Shown: positions 22,955 through 32,254 of the stretch, in pieces | Numbering within the stretch: position 1 is the stretch's first letter | Layout: the number at the start of each line of letters is the position of its first letter | Assembly: GCA_023254055.1 (NCBI GenBank) | Contig: JALQYN010000022.1 | Location: forward strand, 15,263 to 79,262 | Origin: Polaribacter sp. | GTDB taxonomy: Bacteria > Bacteroidota > Bacteroidia > Flavobacteriales > Flavobacteriaceae | DNA: 64,000 nucleotides | Direction of reading: 5' to 3' | Made by a program: the position numbers and the translations under genes | The notes under the pieces: model-generated | What the model was told of the DNA's origin: nothing | The model's input: only the letters and a program-made list of their open reading frames with translations | Database searches by the model: none

Positions 22955-23911
22955 ATGCTAAATTGTAAAGCGAAAAATAAAATATTGATATCATTCCCGA
23001 GAAATCGGGAATCTATATTTTATAAAATACTATTTATTGTTGTTTTCCTTATTACAACCAACCTTCAAGGACAAACTTCATCCTTCTATAAAAAGTCCGA
23101 TACCTTACATATTAAAAGAAGAAATGCCATAGCAATTACAGAAACCATTTTGGCAACATCTGCATTAATTGGATTGGATAAAATGTGGTATTCAGACTAT
23201 CCGCGTTCTAGTTTTCATTTTAAAAACGACAATAACCATTGGAAACAAATGGATAAAATTGGTCATGTTATGACTTCCTATTATGTTGGAAAAACAGGGA
23301 TGAATGTGTTAAATTGGGCTGGAGTTTCTAAAAAAAATCAATTAATTTATGGTGCAACATTAGGATTTACCTTCTTATCTGCAGTAGAAATTTTAGATGG
23401 TTTTTCAGAAAAATGGGGTGCGTCTTGGGGAGATATTTTAGCAAACGCAAGCGGAACTGGTTTATTGGTTGGACAAGAAATTCTTTGGAAAGAGCAACGA
23501 ATTATGCTAAAATATTCATTTAGTAAAACAGCATATGCAAAATTAAGACCAAATACTTTAGGTGGTAACTTTATTCAACAAGCTTTAAAAGATTACAACG
23601 GGCAAACCTATTGGTTGTCTGCCAATATCTGGTCTTTTAATAAAGAAAGTAATTTTCCTAAATGGTTGAATATTGCTTTTGGTTATGGTGCAGAAGGTAT
23701 GTTATATGGAGAATCGAACCCTAATAATCAGTTTACTCAAGACCCCTATAGACAATTTTATTTGAGCTTGGATGTAGATTTAACGAAGATAAAAACAAGG
23801 TCTAAATTCTTAAAAACACTTTTTTCAACTATCAATTTTATTAAAATCCCTGCTCCAACTTTAGAATACACAAGCAGAGGAGATTTTAAGTTTCACCTAT
23901 TGCATTTTTAA
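22955..23911 (+). CDS. DUF2279 (YfiM-like) domain protein; start uncertain
   Basis: MDKIGH, EILDGFS, WGASWGD and DYNGQTYW motifs. Confidence 0.75.
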   Translation: MLNCKAKNKILISFPRNRESIFYKILFIVVFLITTNLQGQTSSFYKKSDTLHIKRRNAIAITETILATSALIGLDKMWYSDYPRSSFHFKNDNNHWKQMDKIGHVMTSYYVGKTGMNVLNWAGVSKKNQLIYGATLGFTFLSAVEILDGFSEKWGASWGDILANASGTGLLVGQEILWKEQRIMLKYSFSKTAYAKLRPNTLGGNFIQQALKDYNGQTYWLSANIWSFNKESNFPKWLNIAFGYGAEGMLYGESNPNNQFTQDPYRQFYLSLDVDLTKIKTRSKFLKTLFSTINFIKIPAPTLEYTSRGDFKFHLLHF

Positions 23912-24618
23912 ACTCCTTTATGGATGATAAAAATTGCAGGTCTTTTGTGCAAATCTGGGTTTTCACTTTTCCAAGCTCTTACTTCTTTTGTCTTAATATA
24001 TTCTGTTGACAATGTAATATCTGCTGCAACACATAAAAGTGTGGTAGGTGTTAAAATTGTTTTTAAATCTGCTAATAATTTATCATTTCTGTAAGGTGTT
24101 TCAATAAAAATTTGCGATTGATTCTTCTCTTTAGATAATCGTTCTAATTCTTTTATTGCCTTTTTTCTATCCGATTTATCAATTGGTAAATATCCATTAA
24201 AAGCAAAACTTTGCCCGTTCATTCCAGAACTCATCATGGCCATTAAAATGGATGAAGGTCCAACCAACGGAACAACCTGAATTCCTTTATCATGCGCTAA
24301 TTTTACAATGGTTGCTCCAGGATCTGCAACTGCAGGAACACCCGCTTCTGATAATAATCCTACAGAAATTCCATCATTACAAACATCTAAATAACCTCTA
24401 GTTTCCAGTTCATCAGCATACTTATCTAACATCATAATTGTTAGTGATGGCTGCGATTTTTTTGGTGTAATTTTTTTTATAAAACGTCTCGCTGTTTTTT
24501 CATTTTCTACAATAAAATAATCTACTTGCTCAATAACTTTTTTTACAGAAATTGGCATGACTTCTAGCGGTTCATTATCTCCTAAAGTAGTTGGAATTAA
24601 ATATAACTTTCCTTTCAT
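23908..24618 (-). CDS. RsmI-like SAM-dependent (tetrapyrrole methylase family) methyltransferase
   Basis: LYLIPT, SEAGVPAVADPG, GPSS and FIETPYRN motifs. Confidence 0.87.
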   Translation of the reverse strand: MKGKLYLIPTTLGDNEPLEVMPISVKKVIEQVDYFIVENEKTARRFIKKITPKKSQPSLTIMMLDKYADELETRGYLDVCNDGISVGLLSEAGVPAVADPGATIVKLAHDKGIQVVPLVGPSSILMAMMSSGMNGQSFAFNGYLPIDKSDRKKAIKELERLSKEKNQSQIFIETPYRNDKLLADLKTILTPTTLLCVAADITLSTEYIKTKEVRAWKSENPDLHKRPAIFIIHKGV

Positions 24619-25067
24619 AACTCTTCAATTTTATTGGCAATAATTTGACAGGCTTCATCTAATAGTTGGTAAACATTTTCAAAACCGTTGCTTCCTCCAT
24701 AATAAGGATCTGGAACACTTTTATTTGAAATTAGGTCAACTTCATTTAAAATAAGTTTAACCTTTAGCTTATCTTCAGTATTTCTTGCCAATGTTAAAAT
24801 ATCCTGATAATTACTTTCATCCATTGCATAAATCAAATCGAAAGTATCAAAATCATTCACTGTAAATTTTCTTGCACGTTGATTTGTTAAATCGATTCCA
24901 TATTTCTTAGCTACAGCAATAGAGCGACTATCTGGCAACTCTCCTATATGATAAGCTGCTGTACCTGCTGAATCTACTTTTACATCTGCTGATACTTTTG
25001 ATTGCAAAATACCTTCTGCCAATGGAGAACGGCAAATATTCCCCAAGCAAACCATTAAAATTCTCAT
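24615..25067 (-). CDS. Low-molecular-weight protein-tyrosine phosphatase
   Basis: CLGNICRS P-loop and DPYY motif. Confidence 0.95.
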   Translation of the reverse strand: MRILMVCLGNICRSPLAEGILQSKVSADVKVDSAGTAAYHIGELPDSRSIAVAKKYGIDLTNQRARKFTVNDFDTFDLIYAMDESNYQDILTLARNTEDKLKVKLILNEVDLISNKSVPDPYYGGSNGFENVYQLLDEACQIIANKIEEL

Positions 25068-25077
25068 AATTTGAAGT

Positions 25078-26505
25078 TTAGAAAGTTAACTTCTTGGTTA
25101 AATCATCAACGTATTTTCTGAATTGTTTATCAGTTTCCGTTAAGTTATCTACTGTTTTACAAGCATGTAAAACGGTTGCATGATCTCTATGACCAATTTG
25201 TGAACCAATACTAGCTAAAGATGACTTGGTCATTCTTTTTGCGAAAAACATCGCTAATTGACGTGCTTGAACAATATGACGCTTTCTTGTTTTAGATTGT
25301 AGTGTTGCCACATCCATATCAAAGTATTTAGAAACTACTTTTTGAATGTAATCTATAGAAACTTCTTTTTTGGTGTTCTTTACAAACTTATCTACAATTT
25401 GTCTTGCTAATTCTAACGTATATTCTCTTCTATTAAATGATGCTTGAGCAATCATAGAAATAATAACACCTTCTAATTCACGAACATTAGACTTGATATT
25501 CTTTGCAATATATTCTACAATATCTTCTGGCATTTCTACTCCGTCTCTAAACAATTTGTTTTGAAGAATAGAAATTCTAGTTTCATAATCTGGCGCCTGT
25601 AGTTCAGCAGATAATCCCCATTTAAAACGAGATAATAAACGCTGTTCGATATCTTGCATATCTACAGGAGCTTTATCTGAAGTTAGAATTACTTGCTTTC
25701 CGTTTTGATGTAAATGATTAAATATATGGAAGAATACATCTTGAGTTCCAGTTTTACCCGATAAGAATTGTACATCATCAATAATCAGCACATCAATCAT
25801 TTGATAGAAATGAATAAAATCGTTTCTCGTATTTGACTTTACAGAATCTATAAACTGTTGTGTAAATTTTTCTGACGATATATACAATACCGTTTTATCT
25901 GGATATTTATCTTTGATATCTACTCCTATTGCATGTGCAATATGTGTTTTCCCTAATCCTACTCCACCATAAATCAACAACGGATTGAAAGAAGTTCCAC
26001 CAGGCTTGTTGGCAACTGCCATTCCTGCAGAACGTGCTAAACGATTTGAGTCTCCTTCAACAAAATTATTAAAATTGTAATTTGGATTTAGTTGAGATTC
26101 TATTTTTACTTTTTGCAATCCTGGAATTACAAATGGGTTTCTTAACTCTCTATCTTTCGTTTCTAAAGGAACCGTAACTCTTTGTGGTTTTAATGGATCT
26201 CTATTAGAGCTTGGTATTTTTACAGTCTGCGGACTATTACTGCTATACGTATTTTCCATACGTACATCGTAAATTAACTTTGCTTCTTTTCCTAACTCTC
26301 TCTGCAGAGAAACTCTAAGTAATTTAATGTAATGCTCTTCTAACCACTCATAAAAGAATTTACTAGGCACCTGAATTGTTAAAGCTTCGCCAGAAATTTT
26401 AATTGGTTTGATAGGTTCAAACCAAGTTTTATATGCTTGCGGTTTTATATTGTCTTTAATAAAAGAGAGGCACTCGTTCCAAACTGAGTCAGCAGTTTTT
26501 GTCAT
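25078..26505 (-). CDS. dnaA: Chromosomal replication initiator DnaA
   Basis: GGVGLGKTH, IDDVQF, RELEG and RDHATVLHA motifs. Confidence 0.98.
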   Translation of the reverse strand: MTKTADSVWNECLSFIKDNIKPQAYKTWFEPIKPIKISGEALTIQVPSKFFYEWLEEHYIKLLRVSLQRELGKEAKLIYDVRMENTYSSNSPQTVKIPSSNRDPLKPQRVTVPLETKDRELRNPFVIPGLQKVKIESQLNPNYNFNNFVEGDSNRLARSAGMAVANKPGGTSFNPLLIYGGVGLGKTHIAHAIGVDIKDKYPDKTVLYISSEKFTQQFIDSVKSNTRNDFIHFYQMIDVLIIDDVQFLSGKTGTQDVFFHIFNHLHQNGKQVILTSDKAPVDMQDIEQRLLSRFKWGLSAELQAPDYETRISILQNKLFRDGVEMPEDIVEYIAKNIKSNVRELEGVIISMIAQASFNRREYTLELARQIVDKFVKNTKKEVSIDYIQKVVSKYFDMDVATLQSKTRKRHIVQARQLAMFFAKRMTKSSLASIGSQIGHRDHATVLHACKTVDNLTETDKQFRKYVDDLTKKLTF

Positions 26506-26579
26506 TCTTATTATGCAGATAATTGGGTTAATTAATTTACTCTATATTTTGGTTTTTTTACCTTTTCAAAAGAGCCTTA

Positions 26580-26594
26580 CAAAAGTGTGAATAA
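26580..26594 (-). promoter_or_regulatory. DnaA box overlapping a -7-like element upstream of dnaA
   Basis: Minus strand reads TTATTCACA-CTTTTG: DnaA box TTATTCACA (26586-26594) overlapping CACTTTTG. Confidence 0.55.
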
Positions 26595-26675
26595 AATTCA
26601 GTATAAAAAAATGAAATTGCTATTGATTATTAACTTTTTTTTTCGTAAAATCAGAACCACAAAAAAATAAAATTC

Positions 26676-27071
26676 TTGTTTACACAATCTATCTCATTTA
26701 GAATACGTTACGGAGAAACAGACCAAATGGGTGTTGTTTATCACGGTAACTACGCACAGTTTTTTGAAATCGGAAGAATAGACTGGCTAAGGTCTTTCGG
26801 TATTTCTTATAAAAATATGGAAGAAAATAATGTGATGCTCCCTGTAGTATCTTTACAATGCAATTTTAAAAAATCTGCTGAGTTCGACGATGAAATTACG
26901 GTAAAAACTACATTAAAAAAAATTCCTACTGTTAAGATTGAGTTTGAGTACGAAATTTTTAATCAAAAAAATGAACTTTTGACAACCGGATACACAATGC
27001 TGGCTTTTATCAATATGAAAACAAATAAACCAATGCGTTGTCCGGATTATATTTTAGAAAAACTAATCTAA
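26676..27071 (+). CDS. Acyl-CoA thioesterase (YbgC/4HBT family)
   Basis: RYGETDQMGVVYHGNY motif. Confidence 0.92.
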   Translation: MFTQSISFRIRYGETDQMGVVYHGNYAQFFEIGRIDWLRSFGISYKNMEENNVMLPVVSLQCNFKKSAEFDDEITVKTTLKKIPTVKIEFEYEIFNQKNELLTTGYTMLAFINMKTNKPMRCPDYILEKLI

Positions 27072-27668
27072 TTTCTTAACTTCTACTTTATACAAGTTGG
27101 TAAATATTTCTAAAATTGCTTCAGCTTCTTTTTTACGAACTGAAATGATATATTGACAGTCTAATTCTAAAGTTTGAGAAATTATCGTTAATTGTTTTTC
27201 TTTGACAATACGCATTACCTTATTCATTACTTCATAACCAAAAGATAATTGAAATTGAACATCTATTGTTTTGATAATAATTTTCGAAGCTTCCAATGCT
27301 AATTGTGCAGAATTTTTATAAGCATTGATCAGTCCACCAACACCTAATTTTGTCCCTCCAAAATATCGCACAGAAACAATTAAAATGTTGGTAACATCAA
27401 AAGCCTGAATTTGCCCATAAATTGGCATGCCTGCTGAATTATTAGGTTCTCCATCATCATTTGCGCGATAAGAAATGGTTTCAACTCCCAATTGCCAAGC
27501 ATAACAAAAATGTCTTGCAGAATGATGTTTCTTTTTCAATTCTTCTAGCGCATTTTTAATATCCTCTTCATTTAAAACCGGAAAAGCATATCCAAAAAAC
27601 TTACTATTTCGATCTTTAAACAGTGTTTCTTCTGATGGTTCTTCTATAGTTTTATAGGTGTCTTGCAT
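27063..27668 (-). CDS. IMPACT/YigZ family protein
   Basis: SKF, ARHFCYA, DDGEP and RYFGGTKLGVGGL motifs. Confidence 0.93.
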   Translation of the reverse strand: MQDTYKTIEEPSEETLFKDRNSKFFGYAFPVLNEEDIKNALEELKKKHHSARHFCYAWQLGVETISYRANDDGEPNNSAGMPIYGQIQAFDVTNILIVSVRYFGGTKLGVGGLINAYKNSAQLALEASKIIIKTIDVQFQLSFGYEVMNKVMRIVKEKQLTIISQTLELDCQYIISVRKKEAEAILEIFTNLYKVEVKKLD

Positions 27669-28531
27669 TAGGCAATTGCAACTAAAATGATTCCGGTTAT
27701 TGCCAATGCAATTCCGATTTTATTTTTCAAACTAAACGACTCTTTAAAAAGCAACAAACCAATTAATGTAGAAACAACTACAATTCCGACATTATTAATG
27801 GTAAACAAGGTTGAACTTTCTAAGTTTTTATTTTGCAATGCTTTTATTAAAAATACAATTGAGTAGTAATTTGGAACCCCTAATACAATTCCTGCAATGA
27901 CATTTTTAATTCCAAATGCCTCTCTTTTTTGAATGGTTTTAAATCCTAAAATGAGCAATCCAAAAAGTGCAGCAAATCCAAATAAGCTTCCAGAAAAAAG
28001 TGAAACTTCATTTTCTTTTACATAATTAATTTCGATAAATTTCAAGATGGTATCAATGGCACCGGAACCTAAAAAAAGGATAGCTGGCAAAACCAATCCA
28101 GCTTTCTCATGCTTATTTAAATCTTCTTTTACCGATGCCAAATACACTGCAACGATAGCTAAAATAATTCCGATTATTTTTATAGCAGACAAGGACTCAT
28201 CATACAAAACGACTCCAAAAATTATTGGAATCACCACCGACATTTTTCCAGCTACCGAAACCACCGAAACTCCATTTCTTTGTGCGGTTAATGCCATTAC
28301 AAAAAAGATAGAAACAAATAACAAGCCCAACGTAATTGCTCCAAAAAACCAAGGCTGATAAGGCAACTCTTTTACAGAAAAATCAATTTCAGCAAGTACA
28401 AAACCTAAGATAAAAGCTACAATATAATTTACAATTATGGCTTTTAAAGTGTCTATTTTAAAAACATCAAAGTATTTAAAAATAACAAATATCAATGTTG
28501 AAAAAACAATACTTAATAGTAAATAAATCAC
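27668..28531 (-). CDS. DMT/EamA family transporter
   Basis: About 10 hydrophobic helices in two repeats. Confidence 0.82.
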   Translation of the reverse strand: MIYLLLSIVFSTLIFVIFKYFDVFKIDTLKAIIVNYIVAFILGFVLAEIDFSVKELPYQPWFFGAITLGLLFVSIFFVMALTAQRNGVSVVSVAGKMSVVIPIIFGVVLYDESLSAIKIIGIILAIVAVYLASVKEDLNKHEKAGLVLPAILFLGSGAIDTILKFIEINYVKENEVSLFSGSLFGFAALFGLLILGFKTIQKREAFGIKNVIAGIVLGVPNYYSIVFLIKALQNKNLESSTLFTINNVGIVVVSTLIGLLLFKESFSLKNKIGIALAITGIILVAIA

Positions 28532-29139
28532 GCTTTAAATTCCTTTTTGGTTACTAAATCTACAATATCTTCTTTACCTGGAACTAAATTCCAAGTTTGT
28601 ATTCCTAATTTCTTTGCTGTATCAGTATTTTCTTTGGTATCATCAATAAAAAAAGTTTCTGTAGCATTTAACTTATTTTCTTGCAATACAAACTCGAAAA
28701 TATCTGAATTGGGTTTTCTAAAATGTATTTCGTGTGACAAATAAAACTGTTCAAAACAATTTTTAAATTCAGTATACAACTCTTTTCCCCACTGATTTTG
28801 CACCCAAGAAATATGCAACTCATTGGTGTTACTCAATAAAAATAATCGATACTTTTTACTTTCAGCCAATTGTTTTAAAAATTGTAATCGATGGTTTGGA
28901 AAATCTAATAAAATTGCATTCCATGCAAAAACCAATTCTTCTTTAGAAATATCAAATGTATCATTAAAATAATTCACAAAATTATCTGTAGTAATTTCTC
29001 CTTTTTCATACTGATATGCAATCGACATCATTTCATCAGTAATTTCATTTACTCCTAATTTCTCTAGCACGACAAAAGTTGCATTTTTATCTAAATTGAG
29101 AAAAATATCCCCAAAATCAAAAATGATGTTTTTAATCAT
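28528..29139 (-). CDS. HAD family phosphatase (YihX-like)
   Basis: IIFDFG, LLSNTN, RKP and FIDD motifs. Confidence 0.88.
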   Translation of the reverse strand: MIKNIIFDFGDIFLNLDKNATFVVLEKLGVNEITDEMMSIAYQYEKGEITTDNFVNYFNDTFDISKEELVFAWNAILLDFPNHRLQFLKQLAESKKYRLFLLSNTNELHISWVQNQWGKELYTEFKNCFEQFYLSHEIHFRKPNSDIFEFVLQENKLNATETFFIDDTKENTDTAKKLGIQTWNLVPGKEDIVDLVTKKEFKA

Positions 29140-30184
29140 TCTTTACTATTTTTAAAATATCCCCTTTTATTGTGCATTCTGAAACTAATTTACCAGAAAC
29201 AAATGGAGCATTAATTCCGTCTACAAACTCCTTTTTACCAATAAAAATCCTAGCCTCATCCCACAAACCTGCCTCTATAAAAGTCTGTATTGTTTGTGTT
29301 CCTCCTTCAATAATTAAAGACTGAATTTGATGTTTATACAACACATCACAAATTTGTTGAGCAAGTTGTTTCGAAAAATCAATTATTTCAAAAATTAAAG
29401 ATTCTCTTGAGTCTTTATTCTCCATTCTTGTTTCTGTAAAAACAATTGTTTTTACGGACTCATCAAAAACAGAAGCAGTTTTCGGAATTCTTAAATTTCT
29501 ATCCAACACAATTCTAACCGGATTATTTCCACTCCAACTTCTCACAGTTAACTTCGGATTGTCTTGAATTACCGTATTTGTTCCAACTAAAATAGCATGC
29601 TCTTCACTTCTCCATTTGTGCACTAATTGTTGAGAATATTGATTTGAAATCCAAACCGGATTTTTATCATCTTTTTTTAAAGGAGCAATAAATCCATTTT
29701 TAGTTTCTGCCCACTTTAAAATAATATAGGGACGCTTTTTATTCTGAACTGTAAAAAAACGCTTATGATGCTCCAAACATTCAGTTTCTAAAACACCAAC
29801 CACCACATTAATTCCTGCTCCTTTTAAGCGCTCTATTCCTTTACCTGCAACTAAACTATTAGTGTCTACACAGCCAATAATTACATTCTTAAATTGATGC
29901 TTTACAATTAAATCTGCACAGGGCGGTGTTTTTCCAACATGAGCACAAGGTTCTAAAGTAACATAGATAGTAGCCTCATTTAATACTGTTTTATCCTTTA
30001 CTGCATTGATAGCATTTACCTCTGCATGACTTTCTCCGTATGCACTTGTATACCCTTCTCCAATAATTTCATCATTCAACACAACAACAGCGCCAACAGA
30101 CGGATTTGGACGTGTAGTTCCAATCCCATTTTTAGCGATTTGCAAACAACGTTGCATGTATTTTTCGTGTTTAGAAATGTGCAT
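29132..30184 (-). CDS. ribD: Riboflavin biosynthesis deaminase/reductase
   Basis: HAE, LEPCAH...PPC and IEGG motifs. Confidence 0.96.
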   Translation of the reverse strand: MHISKHEKYMQRCLQIAKNGIGTTRPNPSVGAVVVLNDEIIGEGYTSAYGESHAEVNAINAVKDKTVLNEATIYVTLEPCAHVGKTPPCADLIVKHQFKNVIIGCVDTNSLVAGKGIERLKGAGINVVVGVLETECLEHHKRFFTVQNKKRPYIILKWAETKNGFIAPLKKDDKNPVWISNQYSQQLVHKWRSEEHAILVGTNTVIQDNPKLTVRSWSGNNPVRIVLDRNLRIPKTASVFDESVKTIVFTETRMENKDSRESLIFEIIDFSKQLAQQICDVLYKHQIQSLIIEGGTQTIQTFIEAGLWDEARIFIGKKEFVDGINAPFVSGKLVSECTIKGDILKIVKND

Positions 30185-30233
30185 TATTTTAATTAAAAAT
30201 GATAACTTGCTCCTGCAAAAATAGTGTATTAAA

Positions 30234-30725
30234 GTGAAAACAAAACAACCGATAATTAGAGAGATTCAATCAAAAGACAATCAGCAGATTAAAAAAGTAA
30301 TCAGAGATGTTTTAATTGAATTTGGGGTACCAAAAGTTGGTACAGCATATGAGGACAAAGCATTAGATGATATGTTTGAAACCTACAACAAACCTACTTC
30401 CGCCTATTATGTAATTGACCTTGATGGAAAAATTATTGGCGGAGCTGGTGTAGCACAACTAGAAAAATATGAGGGTAATATTTGCGAATTTCAAAAAATG
30501 TATTTTCTGCCAGAAGCCAGGGGTTTAGGTTTAGGAAGCAAAATGATAACCGCTTGTTTACAAAAGGCAAAAGAATTTGGATTCGAAAAATGCTATTTAG
30601 AAACCATGCCTTACATGCATGCTGCAACGGCTTTGTATAAAAAAAATGGATTCATTTCTTTAGATAAACCTGTAGGAAACACCGGACATTATTCTTGTAA
30701 TGTTTGGATGTTAAAAGATTTGTAA
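30234..30725 (+). CDS. GNAT acetyltransferase
   Basis: QKMYF, ARGLGLG, YLET and LYKKNGF motifs. Confidence 0.88.
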   Translation: MKTKQPIIREIQSKDNQQIKKVIRDVLIEFGVPKVGTAYEDKALDDMFETYNKPTSAYYVIDLDGKIIGGAGVAQLEKYEGNICEFQKMYFLPEARGLGLGSKMITACLQKAKEFGFEKCYLETMPYMHAATALYKKNGFISLDKPVGNTGHYSCNVWMLKDL

Positions 30726-30726
30726 C

Positions 30727-31662
30727 ATGTTTTTAAAAGAATTCAGAAATCATTTTAATAAAGAATTATTAGGGGTTTTTCCTCAAACAGAAATTGATTC
30801 TTTCTTTTTTTTGTTGATAGAAAAAGAGCTTGGATTGCAACGAATCGATGTTGCTTTAAACAATCAAGTAAGCATTTCTGAAGACACATTTAAACACTTA
30901 TACAATTCATTGACACGTTTAAAAAATCAAGAACCAATTCAGTATATATTAGGAGAGACCGAGTTTTACGGATTACCTTTTAAAGTTACAAAAGACACTT
31001 TAATTCCAAGGCCAGAAACCGAAGAGTTGGTTAGATGGATTTTAGAAGAAGTTACAGAATTACAAAGTTGCAAAGTTGCAAAGTCTTTATCAATTTTAGA
31101 TATCGGAACAGGAACTGGATGTATTCCTATTGCTTTAGCTAAAAATTTACCAAACTCAGACATTACATCAATTGATATTTCATCAAAAGCAATCAAAATT
31201 GCAAAAGAAAATGCTGAATTAAATGATGTTCAAATTAATTTTATTGAGCAAGATATTTTAAGAGCAACCTCGCTAAACGTCATTGCGAATGCAATGAAGC
31301 AATCTCAAAATAGCAATGAGATTGCCACGTCGAAAACTCCTCGCAACGACAAACAGTTTGACATTATCGTTTCCAATCCACCTTATGTTAGAGTATTAGA
31401 AAAAACAGAAATCCAACCAAATGTACTAGAAAACGAGCCGCATATGGCATTATTTGTTGATGATGAAAACCCTTTAGTATTTTATAAAAAAATAGCTGAT
31501 TTAGCTAAAAATCATTTAAATGAAAACGGAATGTTATTCTTTGAAATCAATCAATATTTAGGAAAAGAAACTGTTAAAACACTTGCTAAAAAAGGATTTC
31601 AAACAGAATTAAGAAAAGATATTTTCGGAAACGATAGAATGACAAAATCTACAGTATTATGA
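30727..31662 (+). CDS. prmC: Release factor glutamine methyltransferase carrying an in-frame repeat insertion
   Basis: EPIQYI, LIPRPETEE, LDIGTGTG and SNPPY motifs; extra 24 aa before FDIIVSNPPY. Confidence 0.95.
   Translation: MFLKEFRNHFNKELLGVFPQTEIDSFFFLLIEKELGLQRIDVALNNQVSISEDTFKHLYNSLTRLKNQEPIQYILGETEFYGLPFKVTKDTLIPRPETEELVRWILEEVTELQSCKVAKSLSILDIGTGTGCIPIALAKNLPNSDITSIDISSKAIKIAKENAELNDVQINFIEQDILRATSLNVIANAMKQSQNSNEIATSKTPRNDKQFDIIVSNPPYVRVLEKTEIQPNVLENEPHMALFVDDENPLVFYKKIADLAKNHLNENGMLFFEINQYLGKETVKTLAKKGFQTELRKDIFGNDRMTKSTVL
31048..31084 (+). repeat. Degenerate octamer tandem (AAAGTTGC-like) inside prmC
   Basis: GAAGTTAC AGAATTAC AAAGTTGC AAAGTTGC AAAGT. Confidence 0.6.
31279..31350. 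mobile_element. 72-bp palindromic RPE/REP-like element inserted in frame in prmC
   Basis: GTCATTGCGA ... TCGCAACGAC terminal IR (1 mismatch); inner IR GCAATCTCA / TGAGATTGC; encodes VIANAMKQSQNSNEIATSKTPRND. Confidence 0.85.
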
Positions 31663-32180
31663 TAAAAAAAAATCTACTCCTATTTATACTATTTTCAGTT
31701 TCTTTTGTTGGGTTTACACAAACCAAAAACACTTCTTTCTCAAAAGAAGCATTGCTAAAAGCGGCAAAAGAAATCATAAATTCAACCGGAACATGTGCGT
31801 TAATTACACAAGATAAAAATGGAATTTCTAGAGTTCGAACCATGGATCCATTTCCTCCAGAAGAAAATTTAACTATTTGGTTTGGCACAAACCCAACAAG
31901 CAGAAAAGTGGCACAAATCAAACAAAATAAGTTGGTTACCATTTATTATAGAGACAAAGATGATTCTGGTTACGTAACTATTCACGGCAAAGCAATTTTA
32001 GTTGATAATCAACAAGAAAAAAACAAACATTGGAAAGAAAACTGGAAATCTTTTTATCCAAATAAAAAAGAAAGTTATCTATTGATAAAAGTTATTCCTA
32101 TTTGGTTGGAAATTGTTAGTCCGCCAAGAAATATTGTTGGAAGCGACAAAACTTGGGAACCGCCAACAGCATACTTTTAA
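31659..32180 (+). CDS. Pyridoxamine 5'-phosphate oxidase-like (general stress protein 26) FMN-binding protein, with signal peptide
   Basis: RVRTM, IWFGT...SRKV and YVTIHGKA motifs. Confidence 0.8.
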   Translation: MIKKNLLLFILFSVSFVGFTQTKNTSFSKEALLKAAKEIINSTGTCALITQDKNGISRVRTMDPFPPEENLTIWFGTNPTSRKVAQIKQNKLVTIYYRDKDDSGYVTIHGKAILVDNQQEKNKHWKENWKSFYPNKKESYLLIKVIPIWLEIVSPPRNIVGSDKTWEPPTAYF

Positions 32181-32254
32181 GTCTAAAAAAAATCAATTTT
32201 TATTTCTTTTAAATAATTTCTATCTTTCCAATTAATTTATCAAAAATTACTTGC

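Noticed and set aside
25078-26675. oriC next to dnaA
   Set aside because: Only one clear DnaA box and a short intergenic region; no dnaN or rpmH alongside. A dnaA gene detached from oriC is ordinary in Bacteroidota.
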